Shown here in pieces: positions 37,097 to 50,170 of a DNA stretch of 58,331 nucleotides. The translations under genes and the position numbers were made by a program. This DNA is from Vicugna vicugna. Lineage: Eukaryota. The DNA lies in assembly GCA_013265495.1 (NCBI GenBank), contig PNXW01002490.1, positions 1 to 58,331 on the forward strand, given 5' to 3'. Positions within the stretch are counted from its first letter, which is position 1. Each line of letters begins with the position of its first letter. The notes beneath the pieces are model-generated. The model was given only the letters and a program-made list of their open reading frames with translations. It was not told the DNA's origin and searched no databases.

Positions 37097-38560
37097 ATTC
37101 AACAAATATTCACTGAATAACTATGGTGCTCAAGGTCCTTTGTTTAATGCCACAGGAGCAGACAGAATAAGAGACACTCAAGGAGCTTATAATGTATTCA
37201 GTTGGGGTAGTGTATCTGAAATACAAGTCAGAATGGGCTAACTGCCATTATATGAAGGTTTTAAAATGGTTGAGAGGATTAGAAAAGACATATTTGAAGG
37301 AGGTGAAATATGAACTGGTGGTCTTTAAAGATAAGTAGGATTGACATGATGTCTGGCAGGAGGGAGAGGTGGAAGGGATTCCTGGGAATGGATGGAGTGT
37401 GAATAATGTCTCAGAAGAGGAAAATGTCGGGGACATTTGGAGCTGAGCGTAAGTGGATTATTGGACATTCACTGGGGATCAGTGGGTTATAAAGCTGGAA
37501 AAAGAGACAGAGGCCACCTTGGAGAGGACTTGAATATTCGACGGCATGCACTCCAAGAGGTGACTGAGGGTTCTTAAGAAGAGACCTGGTAACTAAAAAA
37601 ATAATAACTGGGCATTGGCATTTTCAGAGAATTAGAGCAGAAAGCCCTGCAGGCAAGAAAGCAATTTATGAAGATTTGCAATAAACATTGTGGTTTAAGT
37701 GGAATTGAAAGGCACTGTGGACTTTTCAATTGTTTGAATACAGCCCAAAATGTCATAAATGATCAAAGGCTGTGTCTTGGTGAATGAGCAGATAGAAGCA
37801 TCTTTGAAAGAGACAGGCATCAGAGGAGGTGTGGGCTGTGAAGGAGAAAGTGCAACAACTTCTCTGGTCCTATGAACTTCCTGGGGTGGGGAGGCATCCA
37901 GCAGACAACGTTCTGTTCCAACCATTTCTCAGGAGGGAGGACGTCTGGACTGGACAGAGGAAGGGGGAGTCATTCCCAGACAAGTCTGCTAAAGACCATG
38001 AGGACTAATGAGGAAATGAGGGGTAGAGTACACTGAGAAGAGACATGCACACTGAGAAAGTCTACCTGGAGAAATGAGTTGCAGTGGGGGTGGGGAGAAA
38101 GAAAGAATTACACAACAATTAAAAAAGAAAAGTCAAAATTGCATGGGAAGAAAAATCAGATGCTTGTGTGGCGGATGTTAGGAAAGATAAACTACAGCAG
38201 AACAAGGATGAGAAGAATGGGGACAAGACCTCTGACCTGGAGGTGAGGACATTGTGGGCACATTAGTAAGGGGAGTTTCCCAAGACAAGCAGAGAAGACA
38301 GACCACAAGATGGTGGTGGTGGGGTGGGTGGTGTCAAAGCAGCGGGACTGGATGGAGATACCTCGAAAGTGGTGTGACCATGGAGACTGAGTGACAGCTC
38401 AAAGGACCAGCAGAGCCCAAGGATCACATGACTCCATGTATTGGATGGAAACACTTGTGCATACGAGAAAGCAGCAGAGAGGAAAGCCATGTAGTTAGGA
38501 GATATGAGAACTGGGTAACGCCTTAGAGAGGGAAGGATGCAGAGCACAGGCAGGTGAACT
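37097..38560 (-). mobile_element. Degenerate L2 fragments
   Basis: Begins with the L2 tail attcaacaaatattcactgaataactatg; purine-rich body; boundaries approximate. Confidence 0.6.
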
Positions 38561-39559
38561 GTGTCAGAGCATCATCTGTTTCTCAGAAACCACCAAGAAA
38601 AAGCGACTATGAAGGGTGGTGCATGTGTGTTTGTGTTTGGAAAAGTGGTCATTTTTTCCCTCTTTGTTGATGACTCCAGATAGACCTCAGTCTCCGTGAG
38701 CTGGGATGTAAGGTCACAGTGAGGTTGGGGACTCATGTGAGGGGTGTTTAAGGGCTCCATAAGAAGCACCAATCCAAGGACTGCCTCGAAGATATGTGTT
38801 ACTTCTTGATATCACTCATCATTATTTTTCTACTTAATTGTTGTCACGGGTTTTTGATTACATCAAAATAGAAATATGTACGTTTTTAATGAATCCCAAC
38901 AGCGAAGAGACTATGTGTATTTACTGATAAAGCTCTTGATTTTTTTTCCTTTTGATAATTCTGGCCAGACTTAAATTAATTCTCACTTCAGTTTGCCCTG
39001 TGGGTATGCTCTTTGCAAGAATGTGTGCTTACTTAATTCTTACAATGGATGAATTCACATATTAGCCACATTAAGACAATTAGCTGTGTATTATAATTAC
39101 CCATTTAAAAACGTGGTCAATATATATGTATATACACATACTGTATAACTTTGCATGTATAAAACCATATGATAATCACAATTTAAATGATATACACTCA
39201 GTATAAATTAATTTTTCCTCCAAAATCGTTTAATTCCTATGATCAAAACTATTATGATTGACCAGGTACTTTTAAGGAAATGGTATTAGTTATGTTAGAG
39301 AGATTTTACTAAGAAGGTCTTTTAAATTGGGCATCCAGAATTGCCGCACACACACGCACACAGGCAACCACAGTTACTTAAAATTTGATGAGAAGATATA
39401 TTAAACCAGATGTAAAGGTAATTTCATTTCTTAACCTATGGTTCACAAATGCTGTGATATTCTCACTCTTCCTGAAAGTAATGTTTAAACTTGTAAGTAA
39501 AGGACGATCAAACATTAAAGGATCAGCAGAAATAAACTTGCTCATGTTGAGAAATATCC

Positions 39560-39962
39560 AACAAGCTTCTGCTTCTTAACTCACAATATTCTAGGTTCCT
39601 CAGCCTTCCTTGTACCTCAGTGAAACAACGTGATACAGTTTTGGCCACATGTTCCCAGGGGAAAGTAACACACTCCTGCATTTCCAGGCATAGCCATAGA
39701 ACGTCCTGCAAGATCATTCATGCTCTCTCTCTAGCGAGCTGAGCTTGAAGGCAAAGGACTCTGAGATGCTGGAGTTGGAAAATGGAAGGATGCCAAGTAT
39801 CTGGCACACTTCTTGGGGGAGAGCCCCCTAAAGGAGACACAGGGTGAAGCTCCATGGCTTTGAATTTTGCACTCACAAGAAGTAAACACTTTACATGCTA
39901 AGCCACTGTGATTTCAGGGTTGTTTATTATAGCAGCTAACATTACTTATGCTGACCAATGCA
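39560..39962 (+). mobile_element. MaLR (MLT1-type) LTR
   Basis: 3' end taagccactgtgatttcagggttgtttattatagcagc...ctgaccaatgca. Confidence 0.75.
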
Positions 39963-40247
39963 GAATATCTCAGTAAACTAATTCAGTTTCTCCCAAGAAG
40001 GAAAAAAAAACAAACCTTAGTATTATTGTAGATCAGTTTTTTCTAAACTCAGCATTTTTTAATAATGCTTTCCCTGATAAGTCTGCAATATATAGAAAAA
40101 GTAAAGTTAAACATTTCTTTACTATAGGTCTTCTTGGAATCTAACATTATTGTAAATATTTGTATGTTATTTTCCTTTCTCTTGATGCCTCACACCCATT
40201 TCAGTGACTTCAATGTCTTTGTGTCTTCAATCCTAGTTCCAAATTTA

Positions 40248-40894
40248 AAGGAAGACCTTGGAGATATTCCAAATTTGGTTCCAGAACATCACAATAAAGC
40301 AAATATTACAGTAAAGCAAATCACATGCTTTTTTGGTTTTGTTTTGTTTCTCAGTGCATAAATTAGGAGTTTGGGATTAGCAGATATTAACTACTATATA
40401 TAACACAGATAAACAAGGTCCCACTGTATAGCACAGGGACCTACATTCAATATCTTGTAATAACCTATAATGGAAAAATATGAAAAGGAATATATAAATG
40501 TGCGTGTATCTGAATCACTTTGTTGTACATCAGGAACTAACAACATTGTAAATTAATTACACTTCAATAAAAAGATATATTTACACTCTACTGTAGTCTA
40601 TTAAATGTGCAATAGCATGTCTAAAAAAAAGAATGTACATACCTTAATTAAAAAATACTCTATTCCTGAAAAATGTTAACCATCACCTGAGGCTTTAACA
40701 AGTTGTAATCTTTTTGCTCGTGGAGGGTTTGGAATATTGTGAGAATTAGCAAAATGTGACACAAGACATGAAGTGAGCAAATGCTGTTAGAAAAAAATGA
40801 GGCTGAAAGACTTGCTCAATGCAGGGTTGCCACAAAACCTTCAATTTGTAAAAAATGCAGTATCTGCAAAGTGCAATAAAATAAGGTATGCCTG
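40248..40894 (-). mobile_element. Internally deleted Tigger1 derivative (TcMar-Tigger), interrupted by an L1 fragment
   Basis: Both Tigger1 ends present: ccttggagatatt...ggttccaga and gcaataaaataaggtatgcctg; left TA target site at 40246-40247. Confidence 0.88.
40360..40572 (+). mobile_element. L1 3' end fragment nested in Tigger1
   Basis: aattaggagtttgggattagcagat...acacttcaataaaa splits the Tigger sequence cagtgcata|aaagatatatttacact. Confidence 0.9.
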
Positions 40895-41493
40895 GACTAT
40901 GCCTTCTTAGTCTAAAATTTTGCTCATAGTTAGTCTTAACAACCCACACTGGTGGTTGATCCTGAATATTGCCATTAGTTCTTCCGGTCAGTTCATGAAT
41001 TTGGAAACTCTAGTATGCTGATCTCTCATCAGACACTTCTCTCATTCCAGACCTCCCTCATCTATTCCTTTAACACCTGTTCTCTGTTTACTATTCCTCT
41101 GGACCTTTTTTTCCCACCATCACTAGTAGGCTTCCCTCACAACTCACTACTCCAGCTGATATCCTCTGCATCTTTAATTCAGTCTCTTTTACCAACATCT
41201 TCAAAGCCTTCACTCTCTAGACTTCCAGAACACTTTCTGAAAAGTCCTGAACTTGAATCGCTCCAACAACTTGCAGACTTTGCTTCTAAGTGTATGGAGT
41301 GTTGGATGCTGTGTAAGAAAAAAAATGTTACTGACATGGACCGGTCTGTCTACAAATATGTAAACTGAATGGGCTAAAATCAAAGTTCAACCTCTTAGAA
41401 AAACATAAAAGGAATCTACGATGTGACCCCCCACTTCCCTCCTCTTCTAGATATATATTTCAGTGAATCCCTACTCATTTTCCTGCCAAGAAC

Positions 41494-41590
41494 TGTAAGG
41501 TCTGAGGCTTTGCTCTAACTGCAGACTACCAAGTTAGCCTGCTATGATTTCATGGATGTTGGCAGAAAACATGAGACCCCTGGTTAAGGA
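41494..41590. mobile_element. ERVL-group LTR terminal fragment
   Basis: tgtaaggtctgag...caagttagcctg...ttcatggatgttggcagaa recalled as an old LTR terminus; family uncertain. Confidence 0.5.
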
Positions 41591-42105
41591 TGTGTAGTGA
41601 AGAATTTCACCTTCGCAAGAGAGGTCTGGCTTTTGTTCTCAGTTCCTGGGAGGTGGCTGCTAAGCTCTTGGAATGTACTTCTTGTTTACCTGGGAGCTTT
41701 GAGCCATGTTAGATGGTGTAACAGTGTGATTCATGGTGGAGATTTGCAGTCTTGTCATATCAGCTAGACTACTGGCAGGGAGGAGGGCTGTGGATTAAGG
41801 CTGGCCGCATGAACCATATCTACAAGACAGAGCCCCTAAAAAGCCTCTGGATGTCAGGGCTCAAGTGAGTGTCCCTGGTTGGGAACACGCAATGTGCATC
41901 ACCACATGCTGTTATGGGGAGAAGACAGCTAGCACCTCTGTGTCTGGAATTCTTGGATTCTGTTCTCCGTGTTTCTCCCCTCTGCTGATATGATCTACCC
42001 TTTTTCTGTAGTAAACCTTAATTGTGAGTAAAACAGCTTTCAGGGAGGTTTTGTTGAGTCCTCCTAGAAAATTATCAAAGCTGAAGGTGGTTGGTAACCC
42101 CGAAA
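41591..42105 (+). mobile_element. MER21/MER77-group LTR
   Basis: aagaatttcacctt...agagaggtctgg...ttcctgggaggt; 3' part gtgagtaaaacagc...gagtcctcctagaaaattatcaaagctgaaggtgg. Confidence 0.75.
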
Positions 42106-42369
42106 AGATCAATGACCCCTGTTGTTTGTATCAGAAGTCCTAAAAACTTTTTAGGTAATGATTAAGATTAGGCCAGAAGCAAATTAAATTAGCTCTGTTT
42201 TTTGTTTTTTTCACTTGTTTGTTTTTGCAACTACATGCATGCTAATAACTCAGAAAACAGAATTATTCAGTGACTGAAGATTCCAGTTTTATCTATAAGG
42301 GTCCTTTTTATGGAACTTAAAGAACACAGTTTTTACCAGCTGGTTCCATAATGACTTACTCCCTGGAAT

Positions 42370-42955
42370 CCAGCCCTTTCCCACCCTCTCCACATCTACA
42401 CCTGGGATGAAGACATTATTCTTCACTGACTTGGCTCGATAGCCTCCTGCCTTTCCTCCTTGGTGTCTCATTCAACAGCTGGAGTGATCACCGTGAAATG
42501 CAGATCAGACCATGTCCCTCCCCTGCTCAAAACCCTGCAAGTCTCCTCTTTCCCTCCCAGCAAAAGCCTAGTGCTGCACGAAGACCTCCTTAGGGCTTCC
42601 GAGCAGGCTGTTCCCCACCTGAAATGCGCTTCAACCACTCAGTCCACGGGAACAACCGCTAACCCTACATGTCACCTGCTTCAAGAGGACCCTTCCAGTG
42701 AGCGCCACGCTAAACACATGACCGGAATTACAAACGGAGCTCATATCCTAGGCTCTCTCGCTCTTACATTTGACTACTTTTGTTTTTTATTTTCTGCAAC
42801 AGTTATCGTTTGCTCACTTATATATCGTGTATTGTAGGTTTCCTCCAGAAGGTAAGCTCCCTGAGGGCAGAGAGCTTTGTCTGCTTTGTTCACCAGTGAT
42901 TACAGTGCACTTAGAACAGTGTCTGGTGCATAGTAGATGGTCAACAAGTTTTTTC
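42370..42955 (+). mobile_element. L2 3' region
   Basis: atcagaccatgtccctcccctgctcaaaaccctgca; gtaagctccctgagggcagaga; tagaacagtgtctggtgcatagtagatg. Confidence 0.85.
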
Positions 42956-44096
42956 TCTGTGATCCAATTCCTAATGACTCAGGGATGTTCTTGCCATTGT
43001 CCCTGCTCTAGGACCTGTGCTGTTTCCAGTCGGAAGAGGGGATGGTGAGAGATGAGGGAGGACATTAGCGGATGAGACCACATTGGGAAGGCTGAGTTTA
43101 AGGCATTGCCTGGACAGCGTGAGACTCCAGGCACTCAGGCTCTTGACCCACTTCCTTGACTCTGCAACCTACCTGATGGTGGAGGATGCTAACACAGCGC
43201 CCCCTGTGTGAACATACATGAGCCACTCACGTTGCATTTGGGAATCCCTCCCCAGACTAGGAGAAAGGAATGATTTTTAACCACATTAAGTATGCTTCTC
43301 ATTGAATGTTATGTTCCCATCTCTTAGTTGCATACATGTTATACATTACTTTCTGTTTTATTTTATTTTATTATTTAAATAATTATCCACTCTTTTATCT
43401 AGTTTATAGTTATTTTCCTGTAGGGCAGATCACCTATTTCCCACAGTCTTCAAATCTGTTACTTTCTCTCCTTAGTAATCACATAACCTGGCTCTTATCT
43501 TTGCTGTGATGACTGTAGGAGAAGCCAGAACAGAAATCTGTCTCCAGTGAGCAGCCCTGATGCATAAACAAAGTATGGTTTCCACGGTACTAGATAATCA
43601 TGCCTTTGGGTATTTCAAAGCAGGAAGCTTAAATCTGAAATCTTGATTTTGGCAGTATGTGTTTTTCTACTGATAACACTTTGGAAAGATGTAGGTGTGT
43701 GGTTGTGAGGGTGGCAAATATTTCTGACTCTTTAGAAATTTATTTTTACTGTAATTGGTAACTAAGTATGAGTCATTTAGCTAGAGTATAGATGATGCTT
43801 TATCACATAATAGTGAGATTCATAAATGTTTCCTCTGTAAGACTGACTCAATAAATACTTGTAAGTTTTTTCCCTCACTCTTTCCTCAAGCAAGAAATCT
43901 GATTTTTAACAATTGTAGGTATTTTCAAAAAATGAGTTTTTTCCTCTTTTTTCATAAAATTCAACTTTAATACAATATTTTAATGTCTTTTTAAAGTTTC
44001 ATCAACAGGAGTTTTATTTATTTTCCCATAAGATACTGGAGTTTGTAATTAGATAAATTGTTGAATTTTTTTCTGCTTATAGTGTTCCTGTATGTC

Positions 44097-44139
<43 letters not shown>

Positions 44140-44140
44140 T
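44097..44140. repeat. (TTAT)11 microsatellite
   Basis: Counted directly; lies in the tail of a short L1 insertion. Confidence 0.95.
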
Positions 44141-44215
44141 CTTAAATTTTATTTTTTATTGAAATGTAGTTGACTTACAATGTTAGCTTCAAGTGTACAG
44201 CAAAGTGATTCAATT
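44101..44215 (-). mobile_element. Very short L1 3' insertion with tail
   Basis: ttgaaatgtagttgacttacaatgttag...gtacagcaaagtgattca; TSD tgtatg(t/g)cttat at 44089-44100 and 44216-44227. Confidence 0.85.
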
Positions 44216-45649
44216 TGTATGGCTTATCAGTAAAGGACAAGTTACCTAGTTTCCTCACACTGAGCATATTCATTTATTGAGAGGATATTAATCCATCAGA
44301 GATAAAACCAAAAGACAATATTGTAAGCAATCCATGATATGAGACCAGACGGAAATAATGCTCAGCAGTGTTAAGAACAAGTCTGTGCACTGACATGTTC
44401 TTCAAACAACGTGGTATTTAGATCTAATGATATTTCCCACTTGGAAAGTAAATCGCTGAATGTGCTTCCTGGCACCGTCTTCCTAGTGCCAGAACATGTC
44501 ATGTTTTTTCCTTTGAAAGATTTTTCATAAAGAGATCGGTGCCTTCAACTCAAGTTGAGCTAATCCTTACATGCTGGGTTCCTTTATTGCACACCAGAGA
44601 AAAAGAAATTCTGAGTTCCGTATTGTGGAAATGAGCCCCTTCAAGTTCTCTCTTTTCTTCATCTGCCTGTCCCCTCAGACCCCACCACTTTCCCTCCCTG
44701 TCTCTGTTTCTCTCTTTCTTCCATATTTCTGGACTTCAAAGAGTCATAAACCCTCTCCTGGCTTTGTTATTCCTCTAATTTCTAAAGGACAGGGTCATAT
44801 TTATAGACTGGCATCCTGCCCCTTCAACACAATAGAGCGCTGTGCGTAATCATGCCGATTTGTGTTTGAGTCTGGACATACGGTAACTCAGAATAATTAA
44901 GCAGTGAGGTAAAACATAGCAATAAACATTCTGAAGCCTTATTGCTTTTCATTAGTTGCACGGGATAACCCAGTGATCTAGTCACAGGTAATGGGAGTTG
45001 AACACATTCCAAAGAGTCGGAGAAAGATCTACTGATATGTGCCCTGAGAATTCACTCCCAAGAGTAACTTGAAGGATGCTTTTGCCGTTATTCTTGTTAC
45101 TGCCATTTTCTGAGAGCCGCCCGAACAATCAGAATGTTTTCAGTTCAGTGCCCATTATTCAAAAATAATAACATCTTTGATGACTAACAACAGTGCAAAT
45201 TGCACATTGTGAACTAGTGGACAACAATCCTTGTGATTTTCCACATACAACCTCAGGTGAGCATCACAGAATTCTGGTGAGGACAAATAAGTGCACTTCT
45301 GCAGATCAAAGAATTCAGCAGTGGCAGAAATGGAATGCCCTCTGGGGTAGATCATCTGACCAAGTGCCTTCCAGGAGAATCTTTGGTCCAAAGCCATGAC
45401 CACTCCCAAGCCACCTCTCCGTCCTCATAATCCTCTGGAAGAAAACATATATACAGGAGGAATTCACTATCACGAAAGACAGTTGATTCCATTGGGAACA
45501 TTAGCTTTTTTTTTTTTTTTAAAAGTTGAGCTGAAAACATCTTCCTGAAGCCTTCATACATTCGAGTTCAAGTTTGCTTGCCTAAGAAATATTTAACTAA
45601 CCTGAACTCCAAACTAGATTCTCCACTACACTTTCAACTAAACCCAGTG

Positions 45650-45760
45650 TGAGCTAGATTTCAGGTTTCACCATCTTTGCTTTTGACTTTGTAGCCAAGT
45701 AGATTTGAGTCTCTTAACGTCTCTCAGCTTGAACTTCATCCTCTGACAAATGAGATATTT
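45650..45760 (+). mobile_element. MIR fragment
   Basis: cttaacgtctctcagcttgaacttcatcctctgacaaatgagata. Confidence 0.55.
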
Positions 45761-47929
45761 AGGTCAGATCAATGTTTCCCAACCCCAACTGCCCTGCACA
45801 GTCATTAATAAGTCAGAGGGGACAAGAATAAGGAAGTGGAGGGAAAGCTGGGTGCCCGTCAAGTTAATATTTGAACTTGGCTGTAGACCAGAGGAAGACC
45901 CACTTCCTGTTCTGAACATTGGTGATTTTGCAAACTCTACAAAAAAGCTCTGCTCTTTCAAAACTGTGTTGGTGGTTTATGTGGTATTGAGACATTTGTA
46001 TTGAAAGTAAACATCTCACTATCTCAATGACTAAAAAAGACATAGTGTTGGAAATGGGTTTATTTGACTTTAAAGGGGGCAAAGTTTGAAATACGCACCT
46101 CTAACATGAGTGAATATGAATGTTCTCTTTCCTTTCTGAAAACTTTCATTACTTCAACAATGATTATTTGGGGCAATGATGAGTTTGTACCAGAAGCTTA
46201 CTAATAAGCTTAGAAAATTACTCAACATTAGATAACTCACGCTAAAGAGTCTTTGAATGTGGTGACTGACTCTACATTATTTATTCCCTTCTTATAAAAT
46301 TCACATCTCAGAGGAAACTTCTTAGGGAGAGCAGCGTGGCAAAGTTCCCTATATGAGATGCTTCTTTTCTGTACGTGACAGACTTCATGCTGAAAGAAAT
46401 CCTCAACTAAGGTATCTCTCCTCTGAAAGTTTTCTGTCCTCTGAAATTTTTCCCAAGTAGGACAAGTCACCGTGTTGATCATGCGCCTGGAGCACTCTGC
46501 ACCGGCTCCTTTTATCCAGCTTCTGTGTGCCCTGGGATTGTTTGTTTTTTCCACCAGACCCACTGGAGGAATAAAGCCCTGTTTCTTTTTGTGTCTTCAT
46601 CTCTGGCATATTGGCAATTTTCCACCTATTCATTCCTCTTCCCCTGAACCAGAGAAAGTGGGTATCTTGCAACAAATTTCTAGATATACTATGTAGATTT
46701 TGTAAGGGATGACATAACCAAAATACGAGAAAGAGAATGCATCAGAGACTCTAAAAGCAGAAGGATGTGTCTCATCAAAGGAAATTTTAAATGAATACTC
46801 TCTTTCTAAGCAGAAAACAAAGAAAAGCAAAGCTTTTTAAATTCCAGAGGTTAAAGAGCAGAGGAAGTGAACAGAACAATCTCAATGAGGCTTTGTTGGG
46901 GGATTGGGGTGGGGGATGGCATATACTAAAGGAAATTGTCAAGATGTCTAATTTTGCTGATCACAGTAAATATTTGTTTCATCTTTGTTGTTATTTGTTT
47001 AGTTTTTGGTTTGTTTTGTCCCACTTCTGAAGCCCCTCACTCTGGGGAGCACCTTCCTGTGGGAGCCTGGGTGGTCAGGTCCCAGCTCTGGCTGCAGGAC
47101 ACTGTGCCTCTATTTTGCAGTTCCCATTTTGGACACTTGGATTGTTCTTGGCCAATCACATGTCCCCTGGGCGTCTGAATCCAGCAGAAATGAGCCTGGA
47201 GAGGATGCAGATACTGCAGCGTCAACGTCTGGCTACCAAAGACAGTAGAGGAATTGGGGGAGTAACTGGATCCCTGTCATGTGCCAAAAGAGGCGTTTCT
47301 GGCAACGGTTGTATTGAAGGAGCAATGATCACAGCAAAGTGTCCTCCACCAGGCTGTTCACAAGGGCAGATTTTGACTGTGAAGGGTTCTGTCTATTTTT
47401 TGAACCCAGTTTCCCTACCCCCCACCAGTCTTCCTAGTAATTTAGAAAGCTACCCAATTTCCTTTCAAAATATTTATTTCAATTCACCAGAGTCTGTGAT
47501 TGAATGCAAGTATGATCCTTGCTAATTCAATCATTTTCAAAGAAATGCTGGTTAAACCCAGGTACTGTTTTATTGTCCCTGAAAGAAAAGCATTTGTATG
47601 CACAGGTGATAGATTGGTAGACATCATAGAGAAAGGACTAGAAAGATTGCATTGAACCGGCCACATCAGTGAACTAAGGCTGGCACTGCAAATTGATACT
47701 AAACAGAAGAAGGGTAGATTTCTAAACTGTTATGACTCTTCAAACTGTTTTCACTGTTAAAACAATTTCAACTTCTCAATATGAAGTAATAATATTTCAA
47801 AACAAAGAAATACTTACAAAATCACAGGCGAGAATGAAGATTTGACTGTCCATATTTTTAAGACAATGGGAGCACCAGGATGACTATCAAGTGGCTCCTG
47901 GGGAATCAAGTAGGTCCATCTATTGCCTA

Positions 47930-48260
47930 TAATGTTGAAAAGCAATATAGTGATACGTATTGGGTCATTATAACATTCGTATTCTTGACCCAGTAATTCC
48001 ACTCCTGGGAATTTGTACTGAAGAAATAACTACAGAAAAAATGTGTATGAGAATAGTCGTGGGGAGGTGGAGGCAGGTAGAGCTCAGCAGTTGAGTGTGT
48101 GGTTAGCGTGCACAGAGTCCCGGGTTCAATCCCCACTACCTCCATTTAAAAAAAAAAATGGTAGGAAAAATGTAAAAAAAAAAGGAATATTCATTACAGA
48201 ACTCCCTAAAATTGTAGAAAGGTCGAAAACAAATTGAGTGTCCAGAAATGGGTGAGACAG
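47930..48260 (+). mobile_element. Old L1 (L1ME-type) fragment interrupted by a SINE
   Basis: ttgacccagtaattccactcctgggaattt motif. Confidence 0.65.
48061..48158 (+). mobile_element. tRNA-derived SINE (camelid Vic-1-like)
   Basis: A-box-like tagagctcagcag, B-box ggttcaatccc, ...acctcc end followed by an A-tail. Confidence 0.82.
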
Positions 48261-48261
48261 T

Positions 48262-48552
48262 CATCAATACTGTTCAAAACTGTGTTCTTTCTCCTCTCAG
48301 GCCCATGGTAGACCTGTATTCCCTGAGCCCCTGAAGTCAGGCAGAGCCAGGTAAATGAGGATGTGAGCCTTCCTTCCAGGCAGAAGCTTTAAACCTGCAT
48401 GTGAGTCTCCCCTCCAAGTAAGATGTCCTGGAGAGGAGCCCGAACCCACAATGTGAACAGCATGAGTGAAGTAAAGTTTTCTGACTGTAAACCTGCTAAC
48501 ACCTTGGAACTGAATGTTACCACAGCGTAACTAGTCTACTCTGAGCAAATGA
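48262..48552 (+). mobile_element. MaLR (MLT1-type) LTR
   Basis: ttccaggcagaagctttaa; catgagtgaagtaaa; tgttaccacagcgtaactagtctactctga. Confidence 0.7.
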
Positions 48553-49140
48553 ACAGGCTAAATCAATTATGATCTTTAATTATATGAGGGAAAGAAGCAA
48601 GATATTTACTATCTATTTGCACTTGCAGACAAAGGCCTAAAATAAGAACAAATGGAAATAACTGGAGTATGACAGATAGAAATGTAATCTTTTTTTAATC
48701 TTTTAAACTTCTACTGATAACTTAAATTTGGAAGATAACCAGTGTTCTTTTCAAAACAACTCATATAGACATTGAAATTTCTTTAAATTGATTAAATAAA
48801 TATTAAACTGAATATTAAAATAAACATTTACTTGAGAAATATTTAAAAACAAATTTTTGGATATCTTGTAAATTTTGCATATCATGACTTTAACGCATAC
48901 GTTGATAACTCTGCCCATTAGCTGAATCTCTGGAGATTTCCATTATATTTTTAAGGGGACCAAGGATGTTATATGTGTCAAACTCGACTTTTAGAAGGAT
49001 TTCACTAAGAAGACAATAATGAACAAAAAGATTTTATTCGTAACAGCAGCATATACAGGATCCTTTAAATTTCACATGAGGGGTTCTTCACTATTCTTGA
49101 GCTCAGCCCACTGAAGCTAGAGGAAAGGCCCTGAGGAGAT

Positions 49141-49208
49141 TTTACACTTTAGTACTTGCTGCCAAAGAATTCACCATCTGTGAAGAATTTACATTAAAAT
49201 CTATACAC
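49141..49208 (+). repeat. 68-bp dispersed direct repeat, copy 1
   Basis: 66/68 identical to 54881-54948. Confidence 0.95.
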
Positions 49209-49801
49209 AGGCATGTTCCCTCAGAGCACAGGCGGCAAGGTGAGAAGTTACACCTCCACCATCTGCTGTGAGAAAGACAAGGTTTGGAGTGAAGCTACTT
49301 CACCCAGACGATGCCCGCCACACAGCCTAAACTCGTACACACAGCCAGTTCAGGAAGAGCTCCCCTCACTCAAAGATGAGGAAAGAACACAAAGAGACTA
49401 GCCAAACACCATATAAAAACACTCATAGAAAAAGAGAGGGGAGAGAGAAAATAGGAAAAAACAAATGGCAGATAAAAAACATGTACCCAGAAAAATATAA
49501 AAATAAAGCAGATGAAAATCATGACATAGATATCTGAATTTTTTGAAATGTCTATTTAAAATAATAACTATTATCTAATAGGAGGAAATTAACAGGATTA
49601 CAGAAAGATAAAAATAAATAAACCTGCTTTTTGTCATTCAGCAATATGTTGAACATTTTTCCATGTTAATAAATATGGATTTACATCACATATTTACACT
49701 GGGGAAAAAAAGAGAGAAAAAAAGAGAAAAAAAACAAAGAAAGGAAAAAAATCTAGGCCTTTTGACAAAAAAATAAATAAATAAAAATCCACATTACCCT
49801 T

Positions 49802-50170
49802 TGTTATACACTGAACTGTGTGTCCCAAAACTCTTATGCTGAAACTGCAACACTCATGTGACTGTGTTTGGAGATGAAGCCCCTAGAGGGGTAATCCAGG
49901 ATCAGTGAGGTCACAGGACAGCACTAACATATCTGCAGGAAAAGGCAGAGGGATCAGGGAGCTCTCACTCACACACAGAGGAAGAGCCACATAAGGACCT
50001 GGTGAGAAGGAGGCCGTCTGCAAGCCAGGAAGAGAGATCTCACCATAAACCAACCGTGATGGCACCTTGATCTCTGACCTAAAGCCCCCAGAGCTGTGAG
50101 AAAACAAATGTCTGTTGTTGAAGCCACTCAGCCTATGGTGTTTTTTTAGGCTTATTGAGCAGAGCCACAT
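49802..50170 (+). mobile_element. MaLR (MLT1A-like) LTR
   Basis: tgttatacactgaactgtgtgtccc...gtctgcaagccaggaagagag...ggcaccttgatct...ctgtgagaaaacaaatgtctgttgttgaagccac. Confidence 0.88.

Noticed and set aside
48061..48145. Possible tRNA gene
   Set aside because: Degenerate stems and an A-tail indicate a SINE, not a functional tRNA
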